From contig SVQT01000001.1 of assembly GCA_015065215.1 (NCBI GenBank), forward strand, positions 34,237-98,236: DNA of 64,000 nt. The letters are read 5' to 3'. The notes under the pieces were generated by a model. That model searched no databases, was not told the origin of the DNA, and saw only the letters and a program-made list of their open reading frames with translations. How positions within the stretch are numbered: the stretch's first letter is position 1; each line of letters starts with the position of its first letter. This DNA comes from Oscillospiraceae bacterium (lineage in GTDB: Bacteria > Bacillota > Clostridia > Oscillospirales > CAG-272). Shown piece by piece: positions 26,867 through 35,427 of this stretch. Both the position numbers and the translations under genes were made by a program.

Positions 26867-28189
26867 TCATTTCCAATCACCCAAATAGTCTTTATTGGCC
26901 TCAAACAGCTCGTTACACATGTTTTCGATCTCCTCCAAAGAAAGCACGGCGGAGCTGAGCGGATCCATCATCACAGCGCGGATCAGCTTTTGCTTGTTTT
27001 TCTCCATAATGGCATCCACGGCTAGATTTTCCATCATGGCCGTCTGGTTGACCAGAATGGCGATCTCGTCGGGCAGCTTGCCCACATAGCACTTGCGCAA
27101 GCCGTGCTTGGAAGCGTAAACGGGGATCTCCACGCAGGCGTCGGCAGGGAGATTGGGGATGCAGCCGTCATTGATCACGTTGCCGTTGAACTCAATAGGC
27201 TTGCCGTCACCAAGGAGGGCATTGAAGATCTCGGCAGCGTACTCATTGCTGCGAGGCGCGTTTTTGTCCAGGGGCGTATCGATCCATTCCTGCATGGTCC
27301 TCACAAAGTTTTTCGCCTTATCGGCATAAAGGCCGATGGAATAAAGCTCTTCACCGGGGTTCCAATGGCTGCCCTCGTGATCCGAGCAGTATTTTTTCAG
27401 CAGGTCGGGGCGTTTGCGGAACCAGGCGTTGTACTCAGAATTATGCCCGGAGGACTCGGTCACGTAATAACCAAGGCGCAGGAACATTTCGTTGCGCACC
27501 CGCTCCTTATCGTAATAGTGCGGGTCGGAGAGTTTCTCGCGCAAAGCAGGGTAAAGATCCTTTCCATTGTGCGAAAGCTCGGTATAAAACGCCTGATGAT
27601 TGACCCCCGCGCAGGTGTATTTAACCTCGTTATAGGGCACACCAAGCCATCTTGCCAGCATAGCGGCAGTGCCTTGTACCGAGTGACAAAGGCCGGTCAC
27701 GTTGACCTTAGTATGTAGCTGCATGGCGCGGCAAAGCATGGTCATGGGGTTGGTGTAGTTCAGAAATACGGCATTGGGGCAAAGCTCCTCGATCTCGCGG
27801 CAGATCTCTATGAAAAGCGGAATATGACGCGCGGCGCGAAAGATACCCGAAACGCTTCTGGTATCACCGATATTCATGCTGACGCCGTATTTTTGAGGAA
27901 TCTCCAGATCCCGGCGCCAGACCTCAAGACCACCGTTGAATATAGTGCAGACCACGCCGTCCGCACCTTGTAGCGCCTCACAGCGATCCATGGTGGTCGT
28001 GACGGTGGCAGAAACCTCAAACTCACGGATGATCTTTTCGCAGGCACGCTTGGCGTATTCCAGACGGGTGGGATCAATATCCATCAGCGCCAGATGCGCA
28101 TCCTCAAAGGCCGGAAAGGTCAGCAGATCGCGAACCACATTACGGGTGAAAACGATGCTACCGGCACCGATAAAAGCAAATTTTTTCAT
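26867..28189 (-). CDS. GH4 family alpha-galactosidase/alpha-glucosidase (NAD+/Mn2+-dependent)
   Basis: MKKFAFIGAGSIVFTRN Rossmann start, GLCHSVQGT motif, ~440 aa. ATG 28189 follows GGAGGTG. Confidence 0.85.
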   Translation of the reverse strand: MKKFAFIGAGSIVFTRNVVRDLLTFPAFEDAHLALMDIDPTRLEYAKRACEKIIREFEVSATVTTTMDRCEALQGADGVVCTIFNGGLEVWRRDLEIPQKYGVSMNIGDTRSVSGIFRAARHIPLFIEICREIEELCPNAVFLNYTNPMTMLCRAMQLHTKVNVTGLCHSVQGTAAMLARWLGVPYNEVKYTCAGVNHQAFYTELSHNGKDLYPALREKLSDPHYYDKERVRNEMFLRLGYYVTESSGHNSEYNAWFRKRPDLLKKYCSDHEGSHWNPGEELYSIGLYADKAKNFVRTMQEWIDTPLDKNAPRSNEYAAEIFNALLGDGKPIEFNGNVINDGCIPNLPADACVEIPVYASKHGLRKCYVGKLPDEIAILVNQTAMMENLAVDAIMEKNKQKLIRAVMMDPLSSAVLSLEEIENMCNELFEANKDYLGDWK

Positions 28190-28337
28190 GATTGCACCTC
28201 CGTATATTGGTGATTTTATGATAGCATCGGTAGAGGTAAAAGTCAATGTCTTATCTTGATATGTTTATGGACAAAATTGCTATTGACTTCTCTTTCGGCA
28301 GGTATTATAATGAAAGCTGAAAGAAGAGGGCAAAAAG

Positions 28338-29201
28338 ATGGAAAAGCGAATTTATAACGGTGATCTGTATGACGTGCGCTGCGCACCATCCTATAAATTT
28401 TTGGCGGTCGCCTCCTGCGGCATCCACAAGGACAGCCGCTGTATTACGGTGCGTGAAAAGGGGCGCGAGGATTGGCATTTGCTTTATGTGGAAAGCGGCA
28501 TCATGTATGTGGATTGGCATGGATGCACGGTTACGCTGGAGGCAGGGGATTTTATCATCTATCCGCCGCATGTGCCTCATCGCTATGAACAGAACAACGG
28601 CGTTTGCTACTGGACTCACTTTTCGGGTGAGGCTTTGTCGGAGATCATCACAGATGCGGGATTAAGGCGTTTGGGTGTGCAACAGGGCTGCGGCGTAAGG
28701 GACGGTGTGATCCGCATATTTGACCGTATGATCTATCACTACACCGTACAGCACAAGCTTCGCGAGCTATCACTGGCTGCCGATCTTGTTGCGTTACTGA
28801 CCGAGCTCGGAAAATGCGTGATCGGCACTGCAAACAGCGCTGATCGACGCTTACGCAGCGTGATCGTTGATATGCAAAAACGATGCCCACAGGAGCTTGA
28901 CACCTCAGAATATGCCGCAATGCTGGGAATCAGCGAGGGAAGATTTTTGCATGTATTCAAGGAGGCTGTCGGCGTTTCGCCGGGGATGTATATCATGCAG
29001 CTTCGATTGTCGCGCGCCGCCGAGGAGCTGCTGACCTCTGATCGTTCCGTGTCCGACATCGCTTACGAGGTCGGCTTTCGGGATCCGCTGTATTTCAGCA
29101 GAAGATTTAAAAAGCAATACGAGGTTTCACCCGAGCATTTTCGCAAAAAGCAGGGAACACTCTCCCTCAAAAAAAGGTTCCCCGGCACCGGTTGCGATTA
29201 A
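28338..29201 (+). CDS. AraC family transcriptional regulator
   Basis: Cupin-like N-domain (GDFIIYPPHVPHRY). C-terminal AraC HTH (YAAMLGISEGRFLHVFKEAVGVSPGMYIMQLRL...GFRDPLYFSRRFKKQY). Divergent from the GH4 gene. Confidence 0.85.
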   Translation: MEKRIYNGDLYDVRCAPSYKFLAVASCGIHKDSRCITVREKGREDWHLLYVESGIMYVDWHGCTVTLEAGDFIIYPPHVPHRYEQNNGVCYWTHFSGEALSEIITDAGLRRLGVQQGCGVRDGVIRIFDRMIYHYTVQHKLRELSLAADLVALLTELGKCVIGTANSADRRLRSVIVDMQKRCPQELDTSEYAAMLGISEGRFLHVFKEAVGVSPGMYIMQLRLSRAAEELLTSDRSVSDIAYEVGFRDPLYFSRRFKKQYEVSPEHFRKKQGTLSLKKRFPGTGCD

Positions 29202-29202
29202 G

Positions 29203-29234
29203 AAAAGCGTCTATCTTTTGATAGACGCTTTTGC
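29203..29234. terminator. Bidirectional terminator
   Basis: AAAAGCGTCTATC (29203-29215), loop TTTT, GATAGACGCTTTT (29220-29232). Confidence 0.8.
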
Positions 29235-29237
29235 TAT

Positions 29238-30008
29238 TCAGGAGTTCTGCCGCAGGATCTCAAATGCCAACACTGTGGCGGCAGAGGCGGCGGAAAGCGA
29301 GCCACGGAACACACGACCGTAGTCGATGCGCACGATCTGGTCAGCTCTCTCCAGCATCTCAGCCGAGATGCCGCGCTTTTCGCCGCCGACAACCAGTAAC
29401 AGCGGCTTTTTGAGATCCGCCTCGTAAAGGCCGACAGAATCCCGGATGCCAGCGCACACAACGCGATAGCCCAATCCTTTCAAGGTTTCAACCGCGGCGT
29501 CTGTATCTCCCGCCCAAAGCGGCATGCTTTCCGAAGCGCCGGCAGAGGCCCTTGCCACCACGCCGGCGGCACTCATCCAGTTGCGCTGGCCAAGCAGAAT
29601 GCCGTCACAGCCGGCAGCGTAAAGGGAACGCAGGGCATAGCCAAAGTTGTAAGGATCCTCAATGCCCTCCAAAAGGCACAAAAAACCGCTTTTCGGCAGA
29701 TTTTCCGCAGAAGGCGAGGGCAGGGTACGGTCACCGCATAAAGCGATAATACCGCCGTGGGTATTGCCGATACAGATTTCCCGTAACGCGGTGGCGTCGG
29801 TGAAGGATAAGGGAATGGACAGCTCTCGACATTTTCGTGTTAAAAAGGCGAGCTCACGCGCCTTTTTTTCTTTCTTTGCTCTGTCAAATTTGATCTCCAG
29901 AATCGGGCGATTGTTCACCCCCGTCTCTTTTGCGGCAAGCAGAGCGGAAACCGAAGTCATGCCCTCCATAATATTAGAAGCGACCTGTCGATTTTCTTCT
30001 TTTATCAT
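29238..30008 (-). CDS. TrmH/SpoU family RNA 2'-O-methyltransferase (RlmB-like)
   Basis: N-terminal substrate-binding domain plus SpoU methylase motifs (LEGIEDPYNFGYALRSLYAAG, LVVGGEKRGIS, IRIDYGRVFRGSLSAASA). Confidence 0.8.
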   Translation of the reverse strand: MIKEENRQVASNIMEGMTSVSALLAAKETGVNNRPILEIKFDRAKKEKKARELAFLTRKCRELSIPLSFTDATALREICIGNTHGGIIALCGDRTLPSPSAENLPKSGFLCLLEGIEDPYNFGYALRSLYAAGCDGILLGQRNWMSAAGVVARASAGASESMPLWAGDTDAAVETLKGLGYRVVCAGIRDSVGLYEADLKKPLLLVVGGEKRGISAEMLERADQIVRIDYGRVFRGSLSAASAATVLAFEILRQNS

Positions 30009-30126
30009 ATGTTGTCTACCTTTGTTCTTTTATTGGTGATGGCGGCATAGCATAATAGAGAACAGAAATTCTTCTGTGTCTATTATAACAGATATGTTGA
30101 AAAATTTCAACAGAAAAGAGAGAATC

Positions 30127-30423
30127 ATGGTTTATTTCAGTCAACCCAAGCGATGTGAGCTGCTGGGCAACTATATTGTAGAGCAGGGAGCCACGGTGCG
30201 AGAAACCGCTCGCTATTTCGGCGTAAGCAAGAGTACAGTACATAAGGACGTGACACAGGAGCTTCAATGGGTCAATCGCAGACTGTATGAGCAGGTCTGT
30301 ATAGTACTGCAAAAAAATAAGGACGAGCGCCATCTGCGCGGCGGCGAGGCAACACGTAGAAAGTATCATAGTCAAAAAGAGCAAAGCGGGGAAAACCATT
30401 TCCTATTCACCAAAAACACCTAA
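30127..30423 (+). CDS. spoIIID: Sporulation transcriptional regulator SpoIIID
   Basis: ELLGNYIVEQGATVRETARYFGVSKSTVHKDVT and HLRGGEATRRKY match the SpoIIID HTH and basic region. Start uncertain: ATG 30127 preferred on length, 30094 and 30076 are alternatives. Confidence 0.85.
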   Translation: MVYFSQPKRCELLGNYIVEQGATVRETARYFGVSKSTVHKDVTQELQWVNRRLYEQVCIVLQKNKDERHLRGGEATRRKYHSQKEQSGENHFLFTKNT

Positions 30424-30962
30424 AAATGCCCTCAACGACAACCAATCGCAACAGCAATACCTATCATGATCCATAGACAAGATTATACAAAATACAAGTT
30501 TTGTATAGAAAAGGGGAGGAAAATAGGCTGTTTTTGCTGTTTTTTGAGGTTTGATCCAATACCTTTGGTGCTTTGTCATTTTTTCTGCGTCACTGGCCGT
30601 TTTTGATGGCGAGATCATCATAAAATCCTTTGGCATAACACAATGCGGTTACTTGCTCCACATTTTCCGTTTGTCACTTGCGCAAAGCAAAGCCGATTCA
30701 ACGAGGCCTCCTCAATTGAAAAATGCCGTGGATGATCTTGAACCATCCCATTGCCATTCAAAATTTTATTTCTGACGTACTATGTATCTCCTATCATCCT
30801 ATCGTCGTCGGACATAAAAATTTTAAGCGTCACAAAGAATTCGATTCCGATAAAGTTGACAGGTCAACAAAAAAAGCAAAAAACGGAATAAAGCATTTTG
30901 TATAAAAACCAAGCAAAAAACTGTTCATTCCTACAAAAATGTTTGATTTAACAAAAAAGGAT

Positions 30963-30992
30963 TTGCTTTAGGATACCTTGTTGTGTTATACT
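30963..30992 (+). promoter_or_regulatory. SigA-type promoter upstream of the 31087 gene
   Basis: TTGCTT (30963-30968), 18-nt spacer, TGtTATACT (30984-30992). Leaves a ~95-nt leader. Confidence 0.5.
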
Positions 30993-31086
30993 ATATGAGA
31001 ATGACCCAGTGGTGCTTGGCTGAATCCTTTAAATGGGCCTGTCATCATTTTGTTTGGGGTCAAATTGAATTTTGGAGGTTTTTTAA

Positions 31087-31509
31087 ATGGCAATCAAAAT
31101 GCGTGTTTTGCATAAAGGTAAAGGTAAGATCCCTGCTTTGGCAACCGCCATTCATCAGGATTTTCAACTGAATGTGAACGCTATCGACACCATTCTGCCC
31201 GCTTATCCCTTGAACAACGAGCGTTTGACCATCCTTCTCCTTTCCACCAAAGGTGAGTTTGAAGAAAAAATCACGCGCTTCTTCCGCGAATTTGACAAAG
31301 CGCACACCCAAAATGTGGCTTTGGTTATTGACGGTGGCGAAGCCGCCGCGGAAAAGGTCAAAAATCTGTTGACCGCTGCCGGCACCAATGTGATTGACGA
31401 CGTTCTGTACGTAAAAAACAGCTTCCTTCCCTTCCTGAATGCGCTCAAGGATGAGGAAAAGGCCGCCGCGCTGGCGTGGGCACACCGTATTGTTGACGGT
31501 TTGCAGTAA
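31087..31509 (+). CDS. Hypothetical protein (140 aa, possibly flavodoxin-like fold without an FMN loop)
   Basis: GGAGG RBS 8 nt upstream. Alternating beta/alpha-like pattern (LTILLLSTKGE..., VALVIDGG...). No motif I can assign. Confidence 0.55.
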   Translation: MAIKMRVLHKGKGKIPALATAIHQDFQLNVNAIDTILPAYPLNNERLTILLLSTKGEFEEKITRFFREFDKAHTQNVALVIDGGEAAAEKVKNLLTAAGTNVIDDVLYVKNSFLPFLNALKDEEKAAALAWAHRIVDGLQ

Positions 31510-31520
31510 ATTTTGATCAA

Positions 31521-31560
31521 AAAGACCGATTTGATGTTATCAAATCGGTCTTTTCTTGTT
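31521..31560 (+). terminator. Rho-independent terminator
   Basis: AAGACCGATTTGAT (31522-31535) pairs with ATCAAATCGGTCTT (31539-31552), followed by TTCTTGTTTT. Confidence 0.85.
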
Positions 31561-31596
31561 TTATAGGTAAAATTTTTATAAAATTGTGCTCCCCTG

Positions 31597-31625
31597 TTGC
31601 TCTTTTCGATATTTTATGTTATACT
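31597..31625 (+). promoter_or_regulatory. SigA-type promoter for the apgM-family gene
   Basis: TTGCTC (31597-31602), 17-nt spacer, TGtTATACT (31617-31625). Confidence 0.55.
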
Positions 31626-31664
31626 AAACTATGAATTTATATTTATTATACTGCGAGGTTGCAT

Positions 31665-32876
31665 ATGAAATATTTTGTTTTAATTCCGGACGGCATGGCT
31701 GACGAGCCGATCGAAGCATTGGGTGGCGTTACCCCCATGCAAAAAGCAAATAAACCCTGTATAGACGCGCTTGCCAAGGATGCTATTGTTGGTACTGTTT
31801 CCAATGTTCCCCAAGGGATGGTGCCGGAAAGCGACACCGCAAATCTTGCCATTCTTTCCTACGACCCGAAAGAATTTTCCAAAGGTCGCTCCCCATTGGA
31901 GGCGGTCAGCATCGGCATTGAAATGAAGCCGGATGAAACCGCTTACCGCTGCAATGTGGTGACCTTAACCGACAACGGTGAGGATTATGACGATAAGGTG
32001 ATTTTGGATCACAGCGCGGATGAGATCTCGACCGAGGAGGCAGATGAGCTGATCAAAGCCCTGCAAGCCGAACTGGGCGATGAGATCAAAACATTTTATA
32101 CCGGCATCAGTTACCGTCATTGCCTGATTTGGAAAAACGGTAACGATCAGTATAATTTCAACCGTCCCCATGACATTCTGGGGCAGCGGATTGGCGCATA
32201 CCTCCCCAAAAAAGAAGACGGCGGCGCCGAATTTTATGATTTGATGCGCCGCAGCTTTGACATTTTAAATCACCATCCGATCAACGAGGCACGCCGCGCC
32301 CGCGGTCTGAAGCCGGCCAACTCCGCTTGGCTTTGGAGCCCCGGCAAAAAGCCGCAGCTTCCCTCTTTTACTGAAAAATGGGGACTGAAGGGTGCCGTGA
32401 TCTCCGCCGTTGACCTGATCAAGGGTATTGGCCTTTGCGCGGGCATGCACTCGATTGATGTGGAGGGCGCCACCGGCAACTGTCACACCAATTACAAGGG
32501 AAAAGCGGATGCCGCCATTGGGGCATTTAAAGACGGTTACGAATATGTTTATGTACATGTAGAAGGTCCTGACGAGTGCGGTCACCGTGCCGAGCTGGAA
32601 AATAAGGTCATGGCGGTGGAAAAGATTGATCAATTGATCCTTGCCCCTGTTCTGAACTATCTGCGCGAGAGCGGCGAGGACTTTAAAATTATGATCCTGC
32701 CTGACCATCCCACCCCAATCCGATTGCGCACACATACCATTTTGCCGGTTCCTTTTCTGATCTATTCCTCTTTGGAGAAGCATGACGGTGTGAATGAATT
32801 TTCTGAGCAAAGCGCCGTTGCCAAAGAAAATTATATAGAAAACGGTTACCGCTTAATGGAACTGCTTACAAAATAA
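31665..32876 (+). CDS. Cofactor-independent phosphoglycerate mutase family protein (archaeal ApgM type)
   Basis: MKYFVLIPDGMADEP...KANKPCIDALA N-terminus and C-terminal metalloenzyme segment (YVHVEGPDECGHRAE, ILPDHPTP) are typical of this family. Confidence 0.8.
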   Translation: MKYFVLIPDGMADEPIEALGGVTPMQKANKPCIDALAKDAIVGTVSNVPQGMVPESDTANLAILSYDPKEFSKGRSPLEAVSIGIEMKPDETAYRCNVVTLTDNGEDYDDKVILDHSADEISTEEADELIKALQAELGDEIKTFYTGISYRHCLIWKNGNDQYNFNRPHDILGQRIGAYLPKKEDGGAEFYDLMRRSFDILNHHPINEARRARGLKPANSAWLWSPGKKPQLPSFTEKWGLKGAVISAVDLIKGIGLCAGMHSIDVEGATGNCHTNYKGKADAAIGAFKDGYEYVYVHVEGPDECGHRAELENKVMAVEKIDQLILAPVLNYLRESGEDFKIMILPDHPTPIRLRTHTILPVPFLIYSSLEKHDGVNEFSEQSAVAKENYIENGYRLMELLTK

Positions 32877-32892
32877 TCGCAAGGAGGCTCCC

Positions 32893-33513
32893 ATGACAGA
32901 TAACAAGGAGCACAACAAGCCTGCAACGCAGGGCGAAAATTCTGTAGCCGCCGCACTGTTAAAATATGTCGAAATGTTCGTATTCGCCGCGGTTGCCGTG
33001 ATACTGCTTATGACCTTTGCCTTTCGGCTTTGCGTGGTCAGCGGTCCATCCATGCAAAACACCCTGCAAAACGGCGAGCGTTTGATCGTTTCTGACCTGT
33101 TCTATACGCCAAAGCAAGGCGACATCATCGTTTTTCACCAGACCAGCGAGACCAACGACCGCTTTAACGAGCCGATCGTGAAGCGTGTGATTGCCACTGG
33201 CGGACAGCATGTGCGGATTGATTTTATCAACGAAAAGCTTTATGTTTCGGATGATAACGTGTTCAGCGCGGACGAAGTGATTGATGAGAGCCACTATGCC
33301 TATTTCAGTAACGGAATCTGGAAGGAAAAAGGCATGGGGCAGACCAGCTATCAGGTACAGGTGCCAGAAGGACATCTGTTCGTTCTGGGCGACAATCGAA
33401 ATGTTTCAGCAGACAGCCGTTCTGCCGACGTGGGCATGGTGGATGAGCGCCGTGTGCTTGGAAAAGTACTGTTGCGTGTAACGCCCTTTTCCAAATTCGG
33501 AAAGGTAGAATGA
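32893..33513 (+). CDS. lepB: Signal peptidase I
   Basis: TM anchor, catalytic Ser box SGPSMQNTL, Lys box KRVIATGG, and GDNRNVSADSR box. Confidence 0.9.
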   Translation: MTDNKEHNKPATQGENSVAAALLKYVEMFVFAAVAVILLMTFAFRLCVVSGPSMQNTLQNGERLIVSDLFYTPKQGDIIVFHQTSETNDRFNEPIVKRVIATGGQHVRIDFINEKLYVSDDNVFSADEVIDESHYAYFSNGIWKEKGMGQTSYQVQVPEGHLFVLGDNRNVSADSRSADVGMVDERRVLGKVLLRVTPFSKFGKVE

Positions 33514-33521
33514 GGTAAACG

Positions 33522-34394
33522 ATGCCGACTGATATTATTCAATGGTTTCCCGGTCACATGGCGAAAACACGCCGCTTGATGAAGGAAAACCTAAAAAATG
33601 TGGATGTTGTCATTGAGCTTTTGGATGCCCGTATTCCTCAAAGCTCGCGCAATCCGGAAATTGAAAAGCTGACAGAAGGCAAACCCTTGGTTACACTGCT
33701 CAATAAAACGATGCTGGCGGATCCGGAAGCTACCGAGCGCTGGATCGCCTATTATAAGAAAAAAGGCAATCTTTGCCTTGCCGTTGACTGTGTTAGCGGC
33801 AAAGGGATGGACAAGCTCATGCCCGCAATTCGCGCTCTGCTTGCGGATAAGCTCGAGCGTTACAGCCAGAAAGGCATGACCGGCCGAAAACTTCGCGCGA
33901 TGGTGGTTGGCATCCCGAACGTGGGCAAATCCTCACTCATCAACCGTCTTTGCGGCAATAAGAAGGCCAAGGTAGAAAACCGCCCCGGTGTCACATTGGC
34001 CCCCCAATGGGTCTCTACCCCGATGGGTCTTGATCTCATGGATATGCCAGGTGTGCTTTGGCCCCGCTTTGATGACCGCGAGACCGGCGAAAATCTGGCC
34101 ATAACCGGCGCCATCAAGGACGATGTGGTAGAAATCGAAGCACTGGCCATTGCCCTTTGTAAAAAACTGCGCTTTCGCTACCCTGCCCTGCTTGCCGCCC
34201 GCTATAAGTTTGAACCGGAACAGATCACGGATGTAACCGATGCCGAGTTGTTTGCTTTTATCGGCAAAAAACGCGGCTTTTTGATCAGCGGCGGAGAGAT
34301 TGACGAGGAGCGCACCGCCAATACCTTACTTGATGAGTTCCGTGCCGCCAAAATCGGGCGTATCACACTGGATGCGCTTCCAAAGGAGGACTGA
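33522..34394 (+). CDS. rbgA: Ribosome biogenesis GTPase A (YlqF/RbgA)
   Basis: IQWFPGHMAKTRR start and circularly permuted GTPase motifs (LLNKTMLAD, GIPNVGKSSLINRL). Confidence 0.92.
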   Translation: MPTDIIQWFPGHMAKTRRLMKENLKNVDVVIELLDARIPQSSRNPEIEKLTEGKPLVTLLNKTMLADPEATERWIAYYKKKGNLCLAVDCVSGKGMDKLMPAIRALLADKLERYSQKGMTGRKLRAMVVGIPNVGKSSLINRLCGNKKAKVENRPGVTLAPQWVSTPMGLDLMDMPGVLWPRFDDRETGENLAITGAIKDDVVEIEALAIALCKKLRFRYPALLAARYKFEPEQITDVTDAELFAFIGKKRGFLISGGEIDEERTANTLLDEFRAAKIGRITLDALPKED

Positions 34395-34396
34395 CA

Positions 34397-34996
34397 ATGC
34401 TGACCTATGAATTGGAAGAAGCGTTGACGCAGCAAGGCTATTCGCTTGTTTGTGGCGTAGATGAGGCAGGCCGCGGTCCTTTGTGCGGTCCTGTTGCCGC
34501 CGCCGCTTGTATTCTGCCCACCGGCCTTGTGCTGGAAGGGCTCAATGACTCGAAGAAGTTGAGCGAGAAAAAGCGTGAGCTTCTGTATGACCAGATCTGT
34601 GAAAACGCCATTGCCTATGCAATCGTGCTGGGCAGCGTGGAGGAGATCAATCAAACCGACATCCTTTCCACTACCCTGCACGCCATGCGCCGTGCCATTG
34701 ATCAACTGGATCCCAAGCCTGATTTTGCCTTGATTGACGGCAACATCAAAAGAGGCTTCACCATCCCGGCAAGGGCGGTGGTGCACGGCGACGCCACTTC
34801 CCCCAGCATCGCCGCGGCCTCGATTTTGGCAAAGGTCACCCGTGACCGCCTTTGCGTCGAATTGGATGCCCAATACCCGCAATACGGTATTGCCAAGCAC
34901 AAGGGATACGGCACCAAGGCGCATATGGATGCCCTGCGAAAATACGGCCCCTGTGAGATTTATCGCACCAAATTTATCCGTTTTTTAGAAAAATGA
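34397..34996 (+). CDS. rnhB: Ribonuclease HII
   Basis: GVDEAGRGPLCGPV, LNDSKKLSEKKRE and KGYGT motifs. Confidence 0.92.
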   Translation: MLTYELEEALTQQGYSLVCGVDEAGRGPLCGPVAAAACILPTGLVLEGLNDSKKLSEKKRELLYDQICENAIAYAIVLGSVEEINQTDILSTTLHAMRRAIDQLDPKPDFALIDGNIKRGFTIPARAVVHGDATSPSIAAASILAKVTRDRLCVELDAQYPQYGIAKHKGYGTKAHMDALRKYGPCEIYRTKFIRFLEK

Positions 34997-35394
34997 AGCC
35001 GCTTTTAAAAAAAGACATTGGCAGTTTGGGCGAAAAGCTGGCCGCCAAGCATTTGCGCCGGCAGCGATGCAAAATCCTTGCAAGAAATTGCCAATGCGGT
35101 AAAAATGAGCTGGATTTGGTCGTGAAAGACGGCGATTATATCGCCTTTGTAGAGGTCAAAACCCTCACCTTTGAGCATGCAAAAGAAAACACGGACCGTC
35201 GCCCTTCTATGGCGATAGATATAGGAAAACGCCGCCGCACGGCAGAAGCGATGCGCCATTATTTGCGTGAGCATCCCACAAAGCTATTACCCCGCCTTGA
35301 CGCGGTTGAGGTCTATTTGGACCGAGAAACGCTAAAGCCCTTTAAGATCCATCATATTCCGGATGCGTTCGGCACCGATGGCTCGATACATTAA
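34993..35394 (+). CDS. yraN: YraN family (UPF0102) endonuclease-like protein
   Basis: GEKLAAKHLRRQRCKILARNCQCGKNELDLVVKDGDYIAFVEVKT. Overlaps the rnhB stop by 4 nt. Conserved lepB-rbgA-rnhB-yraN order. Confidence 0.85.
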   Translation: MKPLLKKDIGSLGEKLAAKHLRRQRCKILARNCQCGKNELDLVVKDGDYIAFVEVKTLTFEHAKENTDRRPSMAIDIGKRRRTAEAMRHYLREHPTKLLPRLDAVEVYLDRETLKPFKIHHIPDAFGTDGSIH

Positions 35395-35427
35395 AAAAGA
35401 ATAGTTGACAAGAAGGAGTCTAACAAT

